Source: Flavobacteriaceae bacterium
GTDB lineage: Bacteria > Bacteroidota > Bacteroidia > Flavobacteriales > Flavobacteriaceae
Assembly (NCBI GenBank): GCA_947457615.1
Contig: CANGWK010000001.1
Coordinates: 79,044-143,043 of the forward strand
Length of the DNA stretch: 64,000 nt
Reading direction: 5' to 3'
Notes under the pieces: model-generated
Databases searched by the model: none
What the model was told of the DNA's origin: nothing
Seen by the model: only the letters and a program-made list of their open reading frames with translations
Shown: one piece after another, positions 29,746-38,462 of the stretch
How positions within the stretch are numbered: position 1 is the first letter of the stretch
Layout of the letters: each line of letters begins with the position of its first letter
Made by a program: the position numbers and the translations under genes

Positions 29746-32133
29746 ATGAAACGAATAATTAAAAAAGCAGCGATTATTGGGTCCGGAATAATGGGGTCTG
29801 GTATTGCCTGCCATTTTGCTAACATTGGTGTTGAAGTACTGCTTTTGGACATCGTTCCTAATTCTTTAACCGAAGCCGAAGAAAAAAAGGGATTAACACT
29901 AGAAAGTAAAGTAGTTCGCAATAGATTGGTAAACGACCATTTGGCGTACGCTCTAAAATCAAACCCTTCGCCCATTTATAGTCAGAAGTTTGCTAATAGA
30001 ATCACAACAGGAAATACTACCGACGATATTGCAAAAATTGCTGCCTGCGATTGGATTATTGAAGTTGTTGTAGAACGATTGGAAATCAAGAAATTAGTAT
30101 TCGAACAAATTGAAAAATTCCGCAAACCAGGAACATTAGTAACCTCTAATACTTCTGGAATTCCTATAAAGTTCATGAGCGAAGGCAGAAGTGAGGACTT
30201 CCAAGAAAATTTCTGTGGAACGCATTTCTTCAATCCGGCGCGTTATTTAAAATTATTCGAAATTATTCCTGGTCCGAAAACTTCTACGGATGTACTAGAT
30301 TTTCTAACCATTTATGGTTCGCAATTTTTAGGAAAAACTTCGGTAGTAGCCAAAGATACTCCAGCATTTATAGGAAACCGTATTGGTATTTTCGGAATTC
30401 AAAGTCTTTTCCATTTGGTAAAAGAAATGGGATTAACCATTGAAGAAGTGGATAAATTAACTGGTCCTGTTATTGGTAGACCTAAATCGGCTACGTTTCG
30501 AACCGTAGATGTTGTTGGTTTAGACACTTTAGTACACGTTGCAAATGGCTTATATGAGGGTTGCCCGAATGATGAAGCACACGACTTATTTAAACTTCCA
30601 GACTTTGTCAATAAAATGATGGAAAATAAATGGCTGGGAAGTAAAACCGGACAAGGATTTTACAAAAAAGAAGGTAAAGAAATTTTATCTTTAGATTTAA
30701 ATACTTTAGAATATAGAGCAGCTAAAAAAGCATCTTTTGCAACTTTAGAGCTAACTAAAACCATTGATAAACCTATTGATCGTTTTAAAGTTTTAGTAAA
30801 AGGAAAAGACAAAGCAGGCGATTTTTATAGAAAAAACTTTGCAGCAATGTTTGCTTATTGTTCCAATAGAATTCCTGAAATTTCCGATGATCTTTATAAA
30901 ATTGACGATGCTATGAAAGCCGGTTTCGGTTGGGAAAACGGTCCTTTTGAAATTTGGGATTCCATTGGTGTTGAAAAAGCAATTGAGTTAATGAAAGCCG
31001 AAGGCTATGCTCCTGCTGCTTGGGTTAATGACATGCTTGCTTCTGGAAGTTCTTTTTATACTGTAAAAAATGGAGCTACACATTATTATAATATTACAAC
31101 AAAATCTCAAGAGAAAATTCCTGGTCAAGATGCCTTTATTATTTTAGATAACATTCGTGTAAGCCATAAAGTATGGGGTAATTCGGATGCTACTGTTTTT
31201 GATATAGGAGACGGGATTTTGAACTTAGAATTTCATTCTAAAATGAATACTATTGGTGGTGGTGTTTTAACAGCCATCAATAAAGCAATTGACATGGCCG
31301 AAAAAGAATACCGCGGATTGGTTATTGGTAATCAAGGAACTAATTTCTCCGTTGGTGCTAATATTGGAATGATTTTCATGATGGCTGTCGAACAAGAATA
31401 CGATGAATTGAACATGGCAATCAAAATGTTTCAAGACACTATGATGCGCGTGCGCTATTCCTCTATTCCTGTAATTGTTGCACCTCACGGAATGACTTTA
31501 GGTGGTGGTTGCGAAATGAGTATGCATGCCGACCGTGTTGTTGCTACTGCAGAAACCTATATTGGATTAGTTGAATTTGGCGTTGGAGTAATTCCTGGTG
31601 GTGGAGGATCTAAAGAAATGACTCTGAGAGCCTCCGATCTTTTTCGCAAAAACGATGTGGAACTTAACGCACTTCAAGAATATTTCCTAACTATTGGTAT
31701 GGCAAAAGTTGCAACTTCGGCTTATGAAGCATTCGATTTAGGAATTTTACAAAAAGGAAAAGACATCATTGTGGTAAATAAAGACCGTCAAATTGCAGTT
31801 GCCAAACAAGTAGCTTTGCAAATGGCAGATCAAGGGTATACCCAACCAATTCGTAGAACCGACATTAAAGTATTAGGTAAACAAGCATTAGGAATGTTCT
31901 TGGTTGGAACCAACCAAATGGCAGCCGGAAAATACATCTCGGAACACGATTTAAAAATAGCTAATAAATTAGCCTATGTAATGGCTGGTGGTGATTTATC
32001 GGAACCAACATTGGTAAGCGAACAATATTTATTAGATATTGAACGCGAAGCCTTCTTGTCATTGTGCACCGAAAGAAAAACATTAGAAAGAATTCAATTC
32101 ATGCTAACCAAAGGAAAACCGTTGAGAAATTAA
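29746..32133 (+). CDS. 3-hydroxyacyl-CoA dehydrogenase / enoyl-CoA hydratase (FadN-like)
   Basis: AIIGSGIMGSGIA, SNTSG, HFFNP, FIGNRIG; crotonase part FSVGAN, LGGGCE, GLVEFGVGVIPGGGG. Confidence 0.93.
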   Translation: MKRIIKKAAIIGSGIMGSGIACHFANIGVEVLLLDIVPNSLTEAEEKKGLTLESKVVRNRLVNDHLAYALKSNPSPIYSQKFANRITTGNTTDDIAKIAACDWIIEVVVERLEIKKLVFEQIEKFRKPGTLVTSNTSGIPIKFMSEGRSEDFQENFCGTHFFNPARYLKLFEIIPGPKTSTDVLDFLTIYGSQFLGKTSVVAKDTPAFIGNRIGIFGIQSLFHLVKEMGLTIEEVDKLTGPVIGRPKSATFRTVDVVGLDTLVHVANGLYEGCPNDEAHDLFKLPDFVNKMMENKWLGSKTGQGFYKKEGKEILSLDLNTLEYRAAKKASFATLELTKTIDKPIDRFKVLVKGKDKAGDFYRKNFAAMFAYCSNRIPEISDDLYKIDDAMKAGFGWENGPFEIWDSIGVEKAIELMKAEGYAPAAWVNDMLASGSSFYTVKNGATHYYNITTKSQEKIPGQDAFIILDNIRVSHKVWGNSDATVFDIGDGILNLEFHSKMNTIGGGVLTAINKAIDMAEKEYRGLVIGNQGTNFSVGANIGMIFMMAVEQEYDELNMAIKMFQDTMMRVRYSSIPVIVAPHGMTLGGGCEMSMHADRVVATAETYIGLVEFGVGVIPGGGGSKEMTLRASDLFRKNDVELNALQEYFLTIGMAKVATSAYEAFDLGILQKGKDIIVVNKDRQIAVAKQVALQMADQGYTQPIRRTDIKVLGKQALGMFLVGTNQMAAGKYISEHDLKIANKLAYVMAGGDLSEPTLVSEQYLLDIEREAFLSLCTERKTLERIQFMLTKGKPLRN

Positions 32134-32136
32134 GAA

Positions 32137-32207
32137 GCCTCGTAGAGGCGCCCTGTTTATAGAAAATTTATGTTTAATTAAACATAGCTCCGTAGGAGCT
32201 ACCCGTT
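32137..32207 (+). repeat. Left REP-like doublet
   Basis: GCCTCGTAGAGGCgccCTGTT (32137-32157), 18-bp palindrome TATGTTTAATTAAACATA (32169-32186), AGCTCCGTAGGAGCtACCCGTT (32186-32207). Confidence 0.75.
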
Positions 32208-32210
32208 ATT

Positions 32211-32672
32211 ATGGCAAATACCTATTCACAAATTTATATTCAAATTGTTTTTGCAGTAAAAGGAAGACAAAATCTAATTGCAAAAGAAAACCGTGAAGAA
32301 TTAAATAAATTTATTACAGGTATTGTAACAAATAGAGAACAAAAACTATTAGCAATTTTTGCAATGCCAGATCATGTTCACATTTTAGTTGGATTGAAGC
32401 CAAGCATTTCAATTTCAGATTTGTTAAGAGATATAAAAGCCGGTTCATCAAAATTTATAAATGACAGCAAATGGATAAAGGGAAAATTTAATTGGCAAGA
32501 AGGATTTGGAACATTTTCATATTCCAAAAGCAATTTGGATAATGTGGTAAAATATATTTTGAACCAAGAAGAGCGCCATCAGAAAAAAACATTTAAAAAT
32601 GAATATTTAGATTTTTTAGAAAAATTTGAAATTGAATATGATTCAAATTATTTATTTGATTGGGTAGAATAA
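32211..32672 (+). CDS. tnpA: IS200/IS605-superfamily TnpA / REP-associated tyrosine transposase
   Basis: IQIVFAVK, HUH motif MPDHVHIL, IKAGSS, WQEGF, catalytic Tyr in YILNQ; no tnpB. Confidence 0.9.
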   Translation: MANTYSQIYIQIVFAVKGRQNLIAKENREELNKFITGIVTNREQKLLAIFAMPDHVHILVGLKPSISISDLLRDIKAGSSKFINDSKWIKGKFNWQEGFGTFSYSKSNLDNVVKYILNQEERHQKKTFKNEYLDFLEKFEIEYDSNYLFDWVE

Positions 32673-32674
32673 TT

Positions 32675-32744
32675 AACAGGTCGCTCCTACGGAGCTTCCC
32701 AAAATATAAAAATAACGTCTAGTAACAGTTTACCTCTACGAGGA
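32675..32744 (-). repeat. Right REP-like doublet (inverted)
   Basis: Reverse complement reads AGCTCCGTAGGAGCgACCTGTT (32675-32696) and TCCTCGTAGAGGtaaaCTGTT (32724-32744). Confidence 0.75.
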
Positions 32745-32767
32745 TAATGAAAGAAAAAAATGAATTT

Positions 32768-33955
32768 ATGAAAAACACAACCGCTTACATTGTTTCTGCA
32801 TACCGAACAGCCGTTGGAAAAGCACCAAAAGGAGTTTTCCGATTTAAACGTCCTGATGAATTAGCAGCAGAAACAATTCAATTTATGATGAATGAATTAC
32901 CAAATTTCGATAAAAAAAGAATTGACGATGTTATGGTTGGAAACGCTATGCCAGAGGCCGAACAAGGACTAAATGTTGGCCGTTTAATTTCTTTAATGGG
33001 ATTAAAAGTAACCGATGTTCCTGGTGTAACCGTAAATAGATATTGTGCTTCAGGATTAGAAACCATCGGAATGGCAACGGCAAAAATACAAAGCGGGATG
33101 GCCGATTGTATTATTGCAGGTGGTGCCGAAAGCATGAGTTTTATTCCTATGGGAGGTTACAAACCAACGCCCGATTATGCAGTTGCAAAAGAAGGGCACG
33201 AAGATTATTACTGGGGAATGGGTTTAACAGCAGAAGCAGTTGCAAAACAATATAATGTAACTAGAGAAGATCAAGATTTATTTTCTTTCAATTCCCATCA
33301 AAAGGCATTAAAAGCGCAAGCAGAAGGTAAATTTGACAAACAAATAGTTCCAATTACAGTAGAACAAACTTTCATCAATGAATTAGGAAAAAAAGAAACC
33401 AAATCGTATATTGTTTCTAAAGATGAAGGACCACGAGCAGATACTAATTTGGAAGCCCTAGCAAAATTAAAACCAGTTTTTGCTGCCGATGGAAGTGTGA
33501 CTGCAGGTAACTCCTCACAAATGAGCGATGGAGCAGCATTCGTTTTAATAATGAGCGAAGAAATGGTAAAAGAATTGGGGGTCACCCCTATTGCCCGATT
33601 GGTAAACTTTGCATCTGCAGGAGTTGAACCAAGAGTAATGGGAATAGGTCCGGTAAAAGCAATTCCTAAAGCTTTAAAACAAGCAGGATTAACTTTAAAC
33701 GATATTGATTTAATCGAATTAAATGAAGCATTTGCATCACAATCGTTGGCGGTTATAAGAGAATTAGGATTAAATCCAGACATAGTTAATGTAAATGGTG
33801 GTGCAATAGCTTTAGGGCATCCACTAGGTTGTACTGGTGCAAAATTATCAGTACAATTATTTGAAGAAATGCAATTGAGAAAAAGCAAATACGGAATTGT
33901 AAGCATGTGTGTAGGCACAGGACAAGGGAGTGCAGGAATTTATGAGCTGTTGTAA
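32768..33955 (+). CDS. fadA: Acetyl-CoA C-acyltransferase (thiolase)
   Basis: TVNRYCASG, TAGNSSQMSDGA, NEAFA, NGGAIALGHPLG, SMCVGTGQG. Confidence 0.95.
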   Translation: MKNTTAYIVSAYRTAVGKAPKGVFRFKRPDELAAETIQFMMNELPNFDKKRIDDVMVGNAMPEAEQGLNVGRLISLMGLKVTDVPGVTVNRYCASGLETIGMATAKIQSGMADCIIAGGAESMSFIPMGGYKPTPDYAVAKEGHEDYYWGMGLTAEAVAKQYNVTREDQDLFSFNSHQKALKAQAEGKFDKQIVPITVEQTFINELGKKETKSYIVSKDEGPRADTNLEALAKLKPVFAADGSVTAGNSSQMSDGAAFVLIMSEEMVKELGVTPIARLVNFASAGVEPRVMGIGPVKAIPKALKQAGLTLNDIDLIELNEAFASQSLAVIRELGLNPDIVNVNGGAIALGHPLGCTGAKLSVQLFEEMQLRKSKYGIVSMCVGTGQGSAGIYELL

Positions 33956-34060
33956 CATAAAAAATTAAGAAAATAAACTTCAAACAATCAGAAAATGAAA
34001 TATTGAATTTGGATAAATCTTTTTTCTATTCTCTATTTTCTTTTCTAAAAAAATAATACT

Positions 34061-35851
34061 ATGAACGATATTACTAGAGGTGGACAGTTTTTGGTAAAAG
34101 AAACTAAATGTGAAGATGTCTTTACACCAGAAGATTTTTCGGAGGAGCAAATTATGATGCGGGAATCTGTTAAAGAATTTGTAGAAAAGGAAATTTGGCC
34201 TTATAAAAACCGTTTCGAAAACAAAGATTTTAAATTCACCGAAGAGGTAATGAAAAAAGCGGGTGAAATGGGATTTTTGAGCGTTGCTGTTCCCGAAAAT
34301 TATGGCGGAATGGGGATGGGATTTGTAGACACTTGCTTGGTTTGTGACTATATTTCGGGAGCTACAGGTTCGTTTTCAACTGCTTTTGGAGCCCATACAG
34401 GTATTGGCACTATGCCAATTACCTTATACGGAACTGAAGAGCAAAAACAAAAATACGTTCCTAAGTTAGCTTCTGGAGAATGGTTTGGTGCGTATTGCTT
34501 AACAGAACCCGGAGCTGGTAGTGACGCAAATTCCGGTAAAACTAAAGCCGTTTTATCAGATGATAAATCTCATTATAAAATTACAGGACAAAAAATGTGG
34601 ATTTCCAATGCAGGTTTTTGTTCTCTTTTTATAGTTTTTGCTCGAATTGAAGACGATAAAAACATTACTGGCTTTATTATTGAAAAGGATACCAATAACG
34701 GAATTACGATTGGAGAAGAGGAACACAAACTAGGAATTCGTGCCTCTTCTACTCGACAAGTTTTCTTTAACGAGACTAAAGTACCAGTTGAAAATATGCT
34801 TTCCGATAGAGGAAATGGATTTAAAATAGCAATGAATTCGCTAAATGTAGGTCGAATAAAATTGGCTGCAGCCTGCTTGGATGCACAACGAAGAGTTACA
34901 ACAAATGCAGTAATTTATGCTAATGAAAGAGTGCAATTCAATACTCCTATTTCACAGTTTGGAGCCATTCGTTATAAATTAGCCGAGATGGCAACTTCTG
35001 CTTTTGCTGGAGAAAGTGCTACCTATCGTGCTGCAAAATCTATTGAAGATCGAATTAATTCTCGTATTGCAGATGGAACATCACATCAAGAAGCAGAATT
35101 AAAAGGGGTAGAAGAATTTGCAATTGAATGTTCTATTTTAAAAGTAGCAGTTTCAGAAGACATACAGAATTGCGCTGATGAAGGTATTCAAATTTATGGT
35201 GGAATGGGATTCTCGGAGGATACTCCAATGGAAAGTGCTTGGCGCGATGCTCGTATTGCCCGGATTTATGAAGGCACTAACGAAATCAACCGAATGCTGT
35301 CTGTAGGAATGTTGATTAAAAAAGCCATGAAAGGTCATGTTGATTTAATTGAACCTGCAATGAAAGTACAAGAGGAATTAATGGGGATTCCCTCTTTTGA
35401 CACACCAGATTATTCTGAATTACTTTCGGAAGAAAAAGAAATGATTGGAAAATTAAAAAAAGCATTTTTGATGGTTGCTGGTTCTGCGGTTCAAAAATTC
35501 GGAATGGATTTAGATTCCCACCAACAGTTACTAATGGCCGCTGCCGATATGTTAATTGAGATTTACATGGCAGAAAGCACAATTCTTCGCACTGAAAAAT
35601 TGGCAAAAAAAGAAGGAGAGTCAAAAGTTGAGGAACAAATTGCTATGGCAAAATTATATTTATATAAAGCAGTTGACATTGTTGCATTAAGAGGTAAAGA
35701 AAGTATAATTTCTTTTGCCGAAGGAGATGAACAAAGAATGATGTTGATGGGATTAAGAAGATTTACCAAATATACCAACATGCCTAATGTTGTTAGTTTA
35801 AGAGAAATAATAACGTCTAAATTAGTGTCTGAAAATAGTTACTGTTTTTAG
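34061..35851 (+). CDS. Acyl-CoA dehydrogenase
   Basis: YCLTEPGAGSD, GQKMWISN, KLGIRASST, IQIYGGMGF, RIYEGTNEI. Confidence 0.95.
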   Translation: MNDITRGGQFLVKETKCEDVFTPEDFSEEQIMMRESVKEFVEKEIWPYKNRFENKDFKFTEEVMKKAGEMGFLSVAVPENYGGMGMGFVDTCLVCDYISGATGSFSTAFGAHTGIGTMPITLYGTEEQKQKYVPKLASGEWFGAYCLTEPGAGSDANSGKTKAVLSDDKSHYKITGQKMWISNAGFCSLFIVFARIEDDKNITGFIIEKDTNNGITIGEEEHKLGIRASSTRQVFFNETKVPVENMLSDRGNGFKIAMNSLNVGRIKLAAACLDAQRRVTTNAVIYANERVQFNTPISQFGAIRYKLAEMATSAFAGESATYRAAKSIEDRINSRIADGTSHQEAELKGVEEFAIECSILKVAVSEDIQNCADEGIQIYGGMGFSEDTPMESAWRDARIARIYEGTNEINRMLSVGMLIKKAMKGHVDLIEPAMKVQEELMGIPSFDTPDYSELLSEEKEMIGKLKKAFLMVAGSAVQKFGMDLDSHQQLLMAAADMLIEIYMAESTILRTEKLAKKEGESKVEEQIAMAKLYLYKAVDIVALRGKESIISFAEGDEQRMMLMGLRRFTKYTNMPNVVSLREIITSKLVSENSYCF

Positions 35852-35907
35852 TGAATTTTAAATTTAAAAGTTCATTTATATCATTAACTTTGATAAAAAT
35901 AAATATC

Positions 35908-36432
35908 ATGAAAAAATTACTTCTTTTATCCTTAATTGCTTTTGCATTAATTATTGCTTGTAAATCAGGGAATTCTAGCAAAGCGAATGCTTTAAACATA
36001 ACTTTAGATTCAAAAAGCGGAAGTACCGTTACTGGAACTGCTACTTTTAAGGAGAAAAATGGTGAAGTTACTTTTGAAGCAAAACTATCCGGACTTAAAC
36101 CAGGAATTCATGCTATACACATTCATGAGAAAGCAGATTGTTCTTCTGGAGACGCTTCTTCTGCTGGAGGACACTGGAATCCTAAGCTTGTAAAACATGG
36201 GAAATGGAACGATACAGAACACCACAAAGGAGATATTGGAAACTTTACTGCTGATGAAAAAGGAAATGCAACAATTACTTTAAAAACTGATGAATGGTGT
36301 ATTGGATGTGGCGATGCAAACAAAGATATTCTAGGAAAAGGATTAATTGTTCACGATAAAGCAGATGATTTTGTTACACAACCAACAGGAAATGCTGGCG
36401 GTAGAGTTGCGTGTGCTGGAATAATTAAGTAA
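35908..36432 (+). CDS. sodC: Cu/Zn superoxide dismutase (lipoprotein)
   Basis: Lipobox LIIAC; HAIHIHE, GGHWNP, HHKGDIGN, IVHDKADD, GNAGGRVAC. Confidence 0.92.
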   Translation: MKKLLLLSLIAFALIIACKSGNSSKANALNITLDSKSGSTVTGTATFKEKNGEVTFEAKLSGLKPGIHAIHIHEKADCSSGDASSAGGHWNPKLVKHGKWNDTEHHKGDIGNFTADEKGNATITLKTDEWCIGCGDANKDILGKGLIVHDKADDFVTQPTGNAGGRVACAGIIK

Positions 36433-36525
36433 TTATTAAAACTACTTTATCTAATTGTTTTTTATTAATATAGATAACTATTTATTATTTATTATTAGTT
36501 TAGATTTGTATTTCAAATTTGATTT

Positions 36526-37719
36526 ATGATCAACCCTTCTGCAATTGGCTGGATAGATAAGTATTTTTCGGAACAAGAGATTGAATTTCCTTGTTCATCA
36601 TCGGATACTTTGTCTTTTTACAAAAACATACGCAAAACAGGATTTGTATATGGACACATTGTTAATATAAATAATAACTCTGAACTAACAATAGCTCAAT
36701 GGAAGTCGGAAGAAGTTTCTAAAATTGCATTAATAAACACTTTATTTGAGACATATTATTTTACAACAAACAATAATAATTCTGGCGAGTTTATAAATAA
36801 AACAGTAGATTTTTATCAAAAAATTACTCCGAAAGGATTTGGCTTTTTAGATAAAATAATACCAACTTCTGAAAGCCATAAATTAGAAAGTATTATTGAA
36901 GAAAGAGTTCAAACAAATAAAGATATTATTAGTAAAAACTTTTCCCATATTGTAACTAATGCTTTGTTATTTGTAGATATAATGGCTTATAGACATTATT
37001 TAATGGAAGGTGAAATTCCTGATAAATATTTAATAAAAACAGAAGAATCTATAATTAGTTTAGTTTCGTTAGGTTTAAAAATAAAAACAATTAAAACATC
37101 TAATGACGATTTACTTATTAAACTTTTTGAAGCTTCGTTAAGGTATACAAAATTTTCAAAAGTTAGTATTCAAAATTTAGAAGAATTGCCTTTGGATTAC
37201 TTTAAAGATGATTTAGAAAAATATTATCTAATTGATTTAGCAGGATTAACAGTTATTAATGATGCTGTTATAGATAATGAAGAGGCTTATTTTTTATATC
37301 AAATTGCAAAAGAACTTCGTATTGTAGATACTTTTGTTAAAGAAAGTATAGATGATGTTTCTAATTTTATTTCAAAATATAAGTCTGAAATTCAATATTT
37401 TAATTATTCCAACCCCGTAAAGCACTTTTACGACCAAACTACCTCAGGAGTTCAGTTGTTAATTAATCGAAATAAAAAACGATTAACCAAAGAGATAATT
37501 GAAAGTAAAGAATTAATGCAGCTTCTAATAAAATCAACCAAAAGTGATTTGGATACAGAAGAAAAAAAGAAAGTGAAAAAACAGTTGTTGGACATTTGCA
37601 AAACAATTCCATCTTTAACCATATTTTTACTTCCTGGCGGGAGTATTTTATTGCCTTTATTAGTAAAATTTATACCTCAAATATTACCATCCTCTTTCAA
37701 TGAAAATTACGAAGATTAG
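36526..37719 (+). CDS. LETM1-related protein with TerB-like middle region
   Basis: C-terminal QLLDICKTIPSLTIFLLPGGSILLPLLVKFIPQILPSSF (LETM1-like); NDAVIDNEEAYFLYQIAKEL (TerB-like). Confidence 0.7.
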   Translation: MINPSAIGWIDKYFSEQEIEFPCSSSDTLSFYKNIRKTGFVYGHIVNINNNSELTIAQWKSEEVSKIALINTLFETYYFTTNNNNSGEFINKTVDFYQKITPKGFGFLDKIIPTSESHKLESIIEERVQTNKDIISKNFSHIVTNALLFVDIMAYRHYLMEGEIPDKYLIKTEESIISLVSLGLKIKTIKTSNDDLLIKLFEASLRYTKFSKVSIQNLEELPLDYFKDDLEKYYLIDLAGLTVINDAVIDNEEAYFLYQIAKELRIVDTFVKESIDDVSNFISKYKSEIQYFNYSNPVKHFYDQTTSGVQLLINRNKKRLTKEIIESKELMQLLIKSTKSDLDTEEKKKVKKQLLDICKTIPSLTIFLLPGGSILLPLLVKFIPQILPSSFNENYED

Positions 37720-37750
37720 TATTTATTATAAATTTTTTATTTATCAAATT

Positions 37751-38389
37751 TTACTTGAAATATAACTGATAAACATCATCCAAATCTTCATTAGAATTGA
37801 AATTCAGATTTAGATCGGTTACATAACCGCTATTTAAACCATATACCCATCCATGCACTGTTAGATCTTGAGCATTTTTCCAAGCAGATTGTACAATTGA
37901 AGTTTTTGCTAAATCTAAAACTTGTTCTCTAACATTTAGCTCAACAAACTTATTAAAACGATTGCCCTCATCTTCAATAGCATCTAATTCAATGTTGTGA
38001 AAACGATATACATCTTTAATATGTCGTATCCAATTATCAATTATACCGATAGAATTATTTTCCATTGCGGCTTTTATGCCTCCACATCCATAATGACCAC
38101 AAACAATAATGTGTTTAACTTTCAAAACATTCACTGCATAATCCAATACACTAAGCATATTCATATCGCTATGAACTACCATGTTAGCAATATTTCGATG
38201 TACAAAAACTTCACCAGGCTTTGCTCCAATAATTTCGTTTGCAGGTACTCGACTGTCGGAACATCCAATCCATAACAATGGTGGGGTTTGCCCTCGAGAT
38301 AAATCTTTAAAATATTCTGGATCAATAGATAATTGATTTTCCACCCATTGTTTATTATTATCTAATATTTTTTTGTAAAAATCACTCAT
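37751..38389 (-). CDS. can: Beta-class carbonic anhydrase
   Basis: WIGCSDSR, VHRNIAN, CGHYGCGG. Confidence 0.95.
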   Translation of the reverse strand: MSDFYKKILDNNKQWVENQLSIDPEYFKDLSRGQTPPLLWIGCSDSRVPANEIIGAKPGEVFVHRNIANMVVHSDMNMLSVLDYAVNVLKVKHIIVCGHYGCGGIKAAMENNSIGIIDNWIRHIKDVYRFHNIELDAIEDEGNRFNKFVELNVREQVLDLAKTSIVQSAWKNAQDLTVHGWVYGLNSGYVTDLNLNFNSNEDLDDVYQLYFK

Positions 38390-38462
38390 ACTTATTCATT
38401 GAATTTTTATAAAATTAGGAAATTATTTGAAACAAAAAAATAATTTTAATAACAAATCCTGG

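Larger units (their letters stand above)
32136..32745 (+). mobile_element. Y1 (HUH) transposase module flanked by inverted REP-like hairpins (RAYT/REPtron-like)
   Basis: Left CCTCGTAGAGG and AGCTCCGTAGGAGC are mirrored on the right by GCTCCTACGGAGCT and CCTCTACGAGG around the transposase ORF. Confidence 0.75.

Noticed and set aside
32211-32672. IS605-type element with an RNA-guided TnpB/IscB nuclease
   Set aside because: No tnpB/iscB ORF or room for one; the thiolase follows within about 95 bp.
33298-33918. 206-aa minus-strand ORF
   Set aside because: Antisense shadow of the thiolase.
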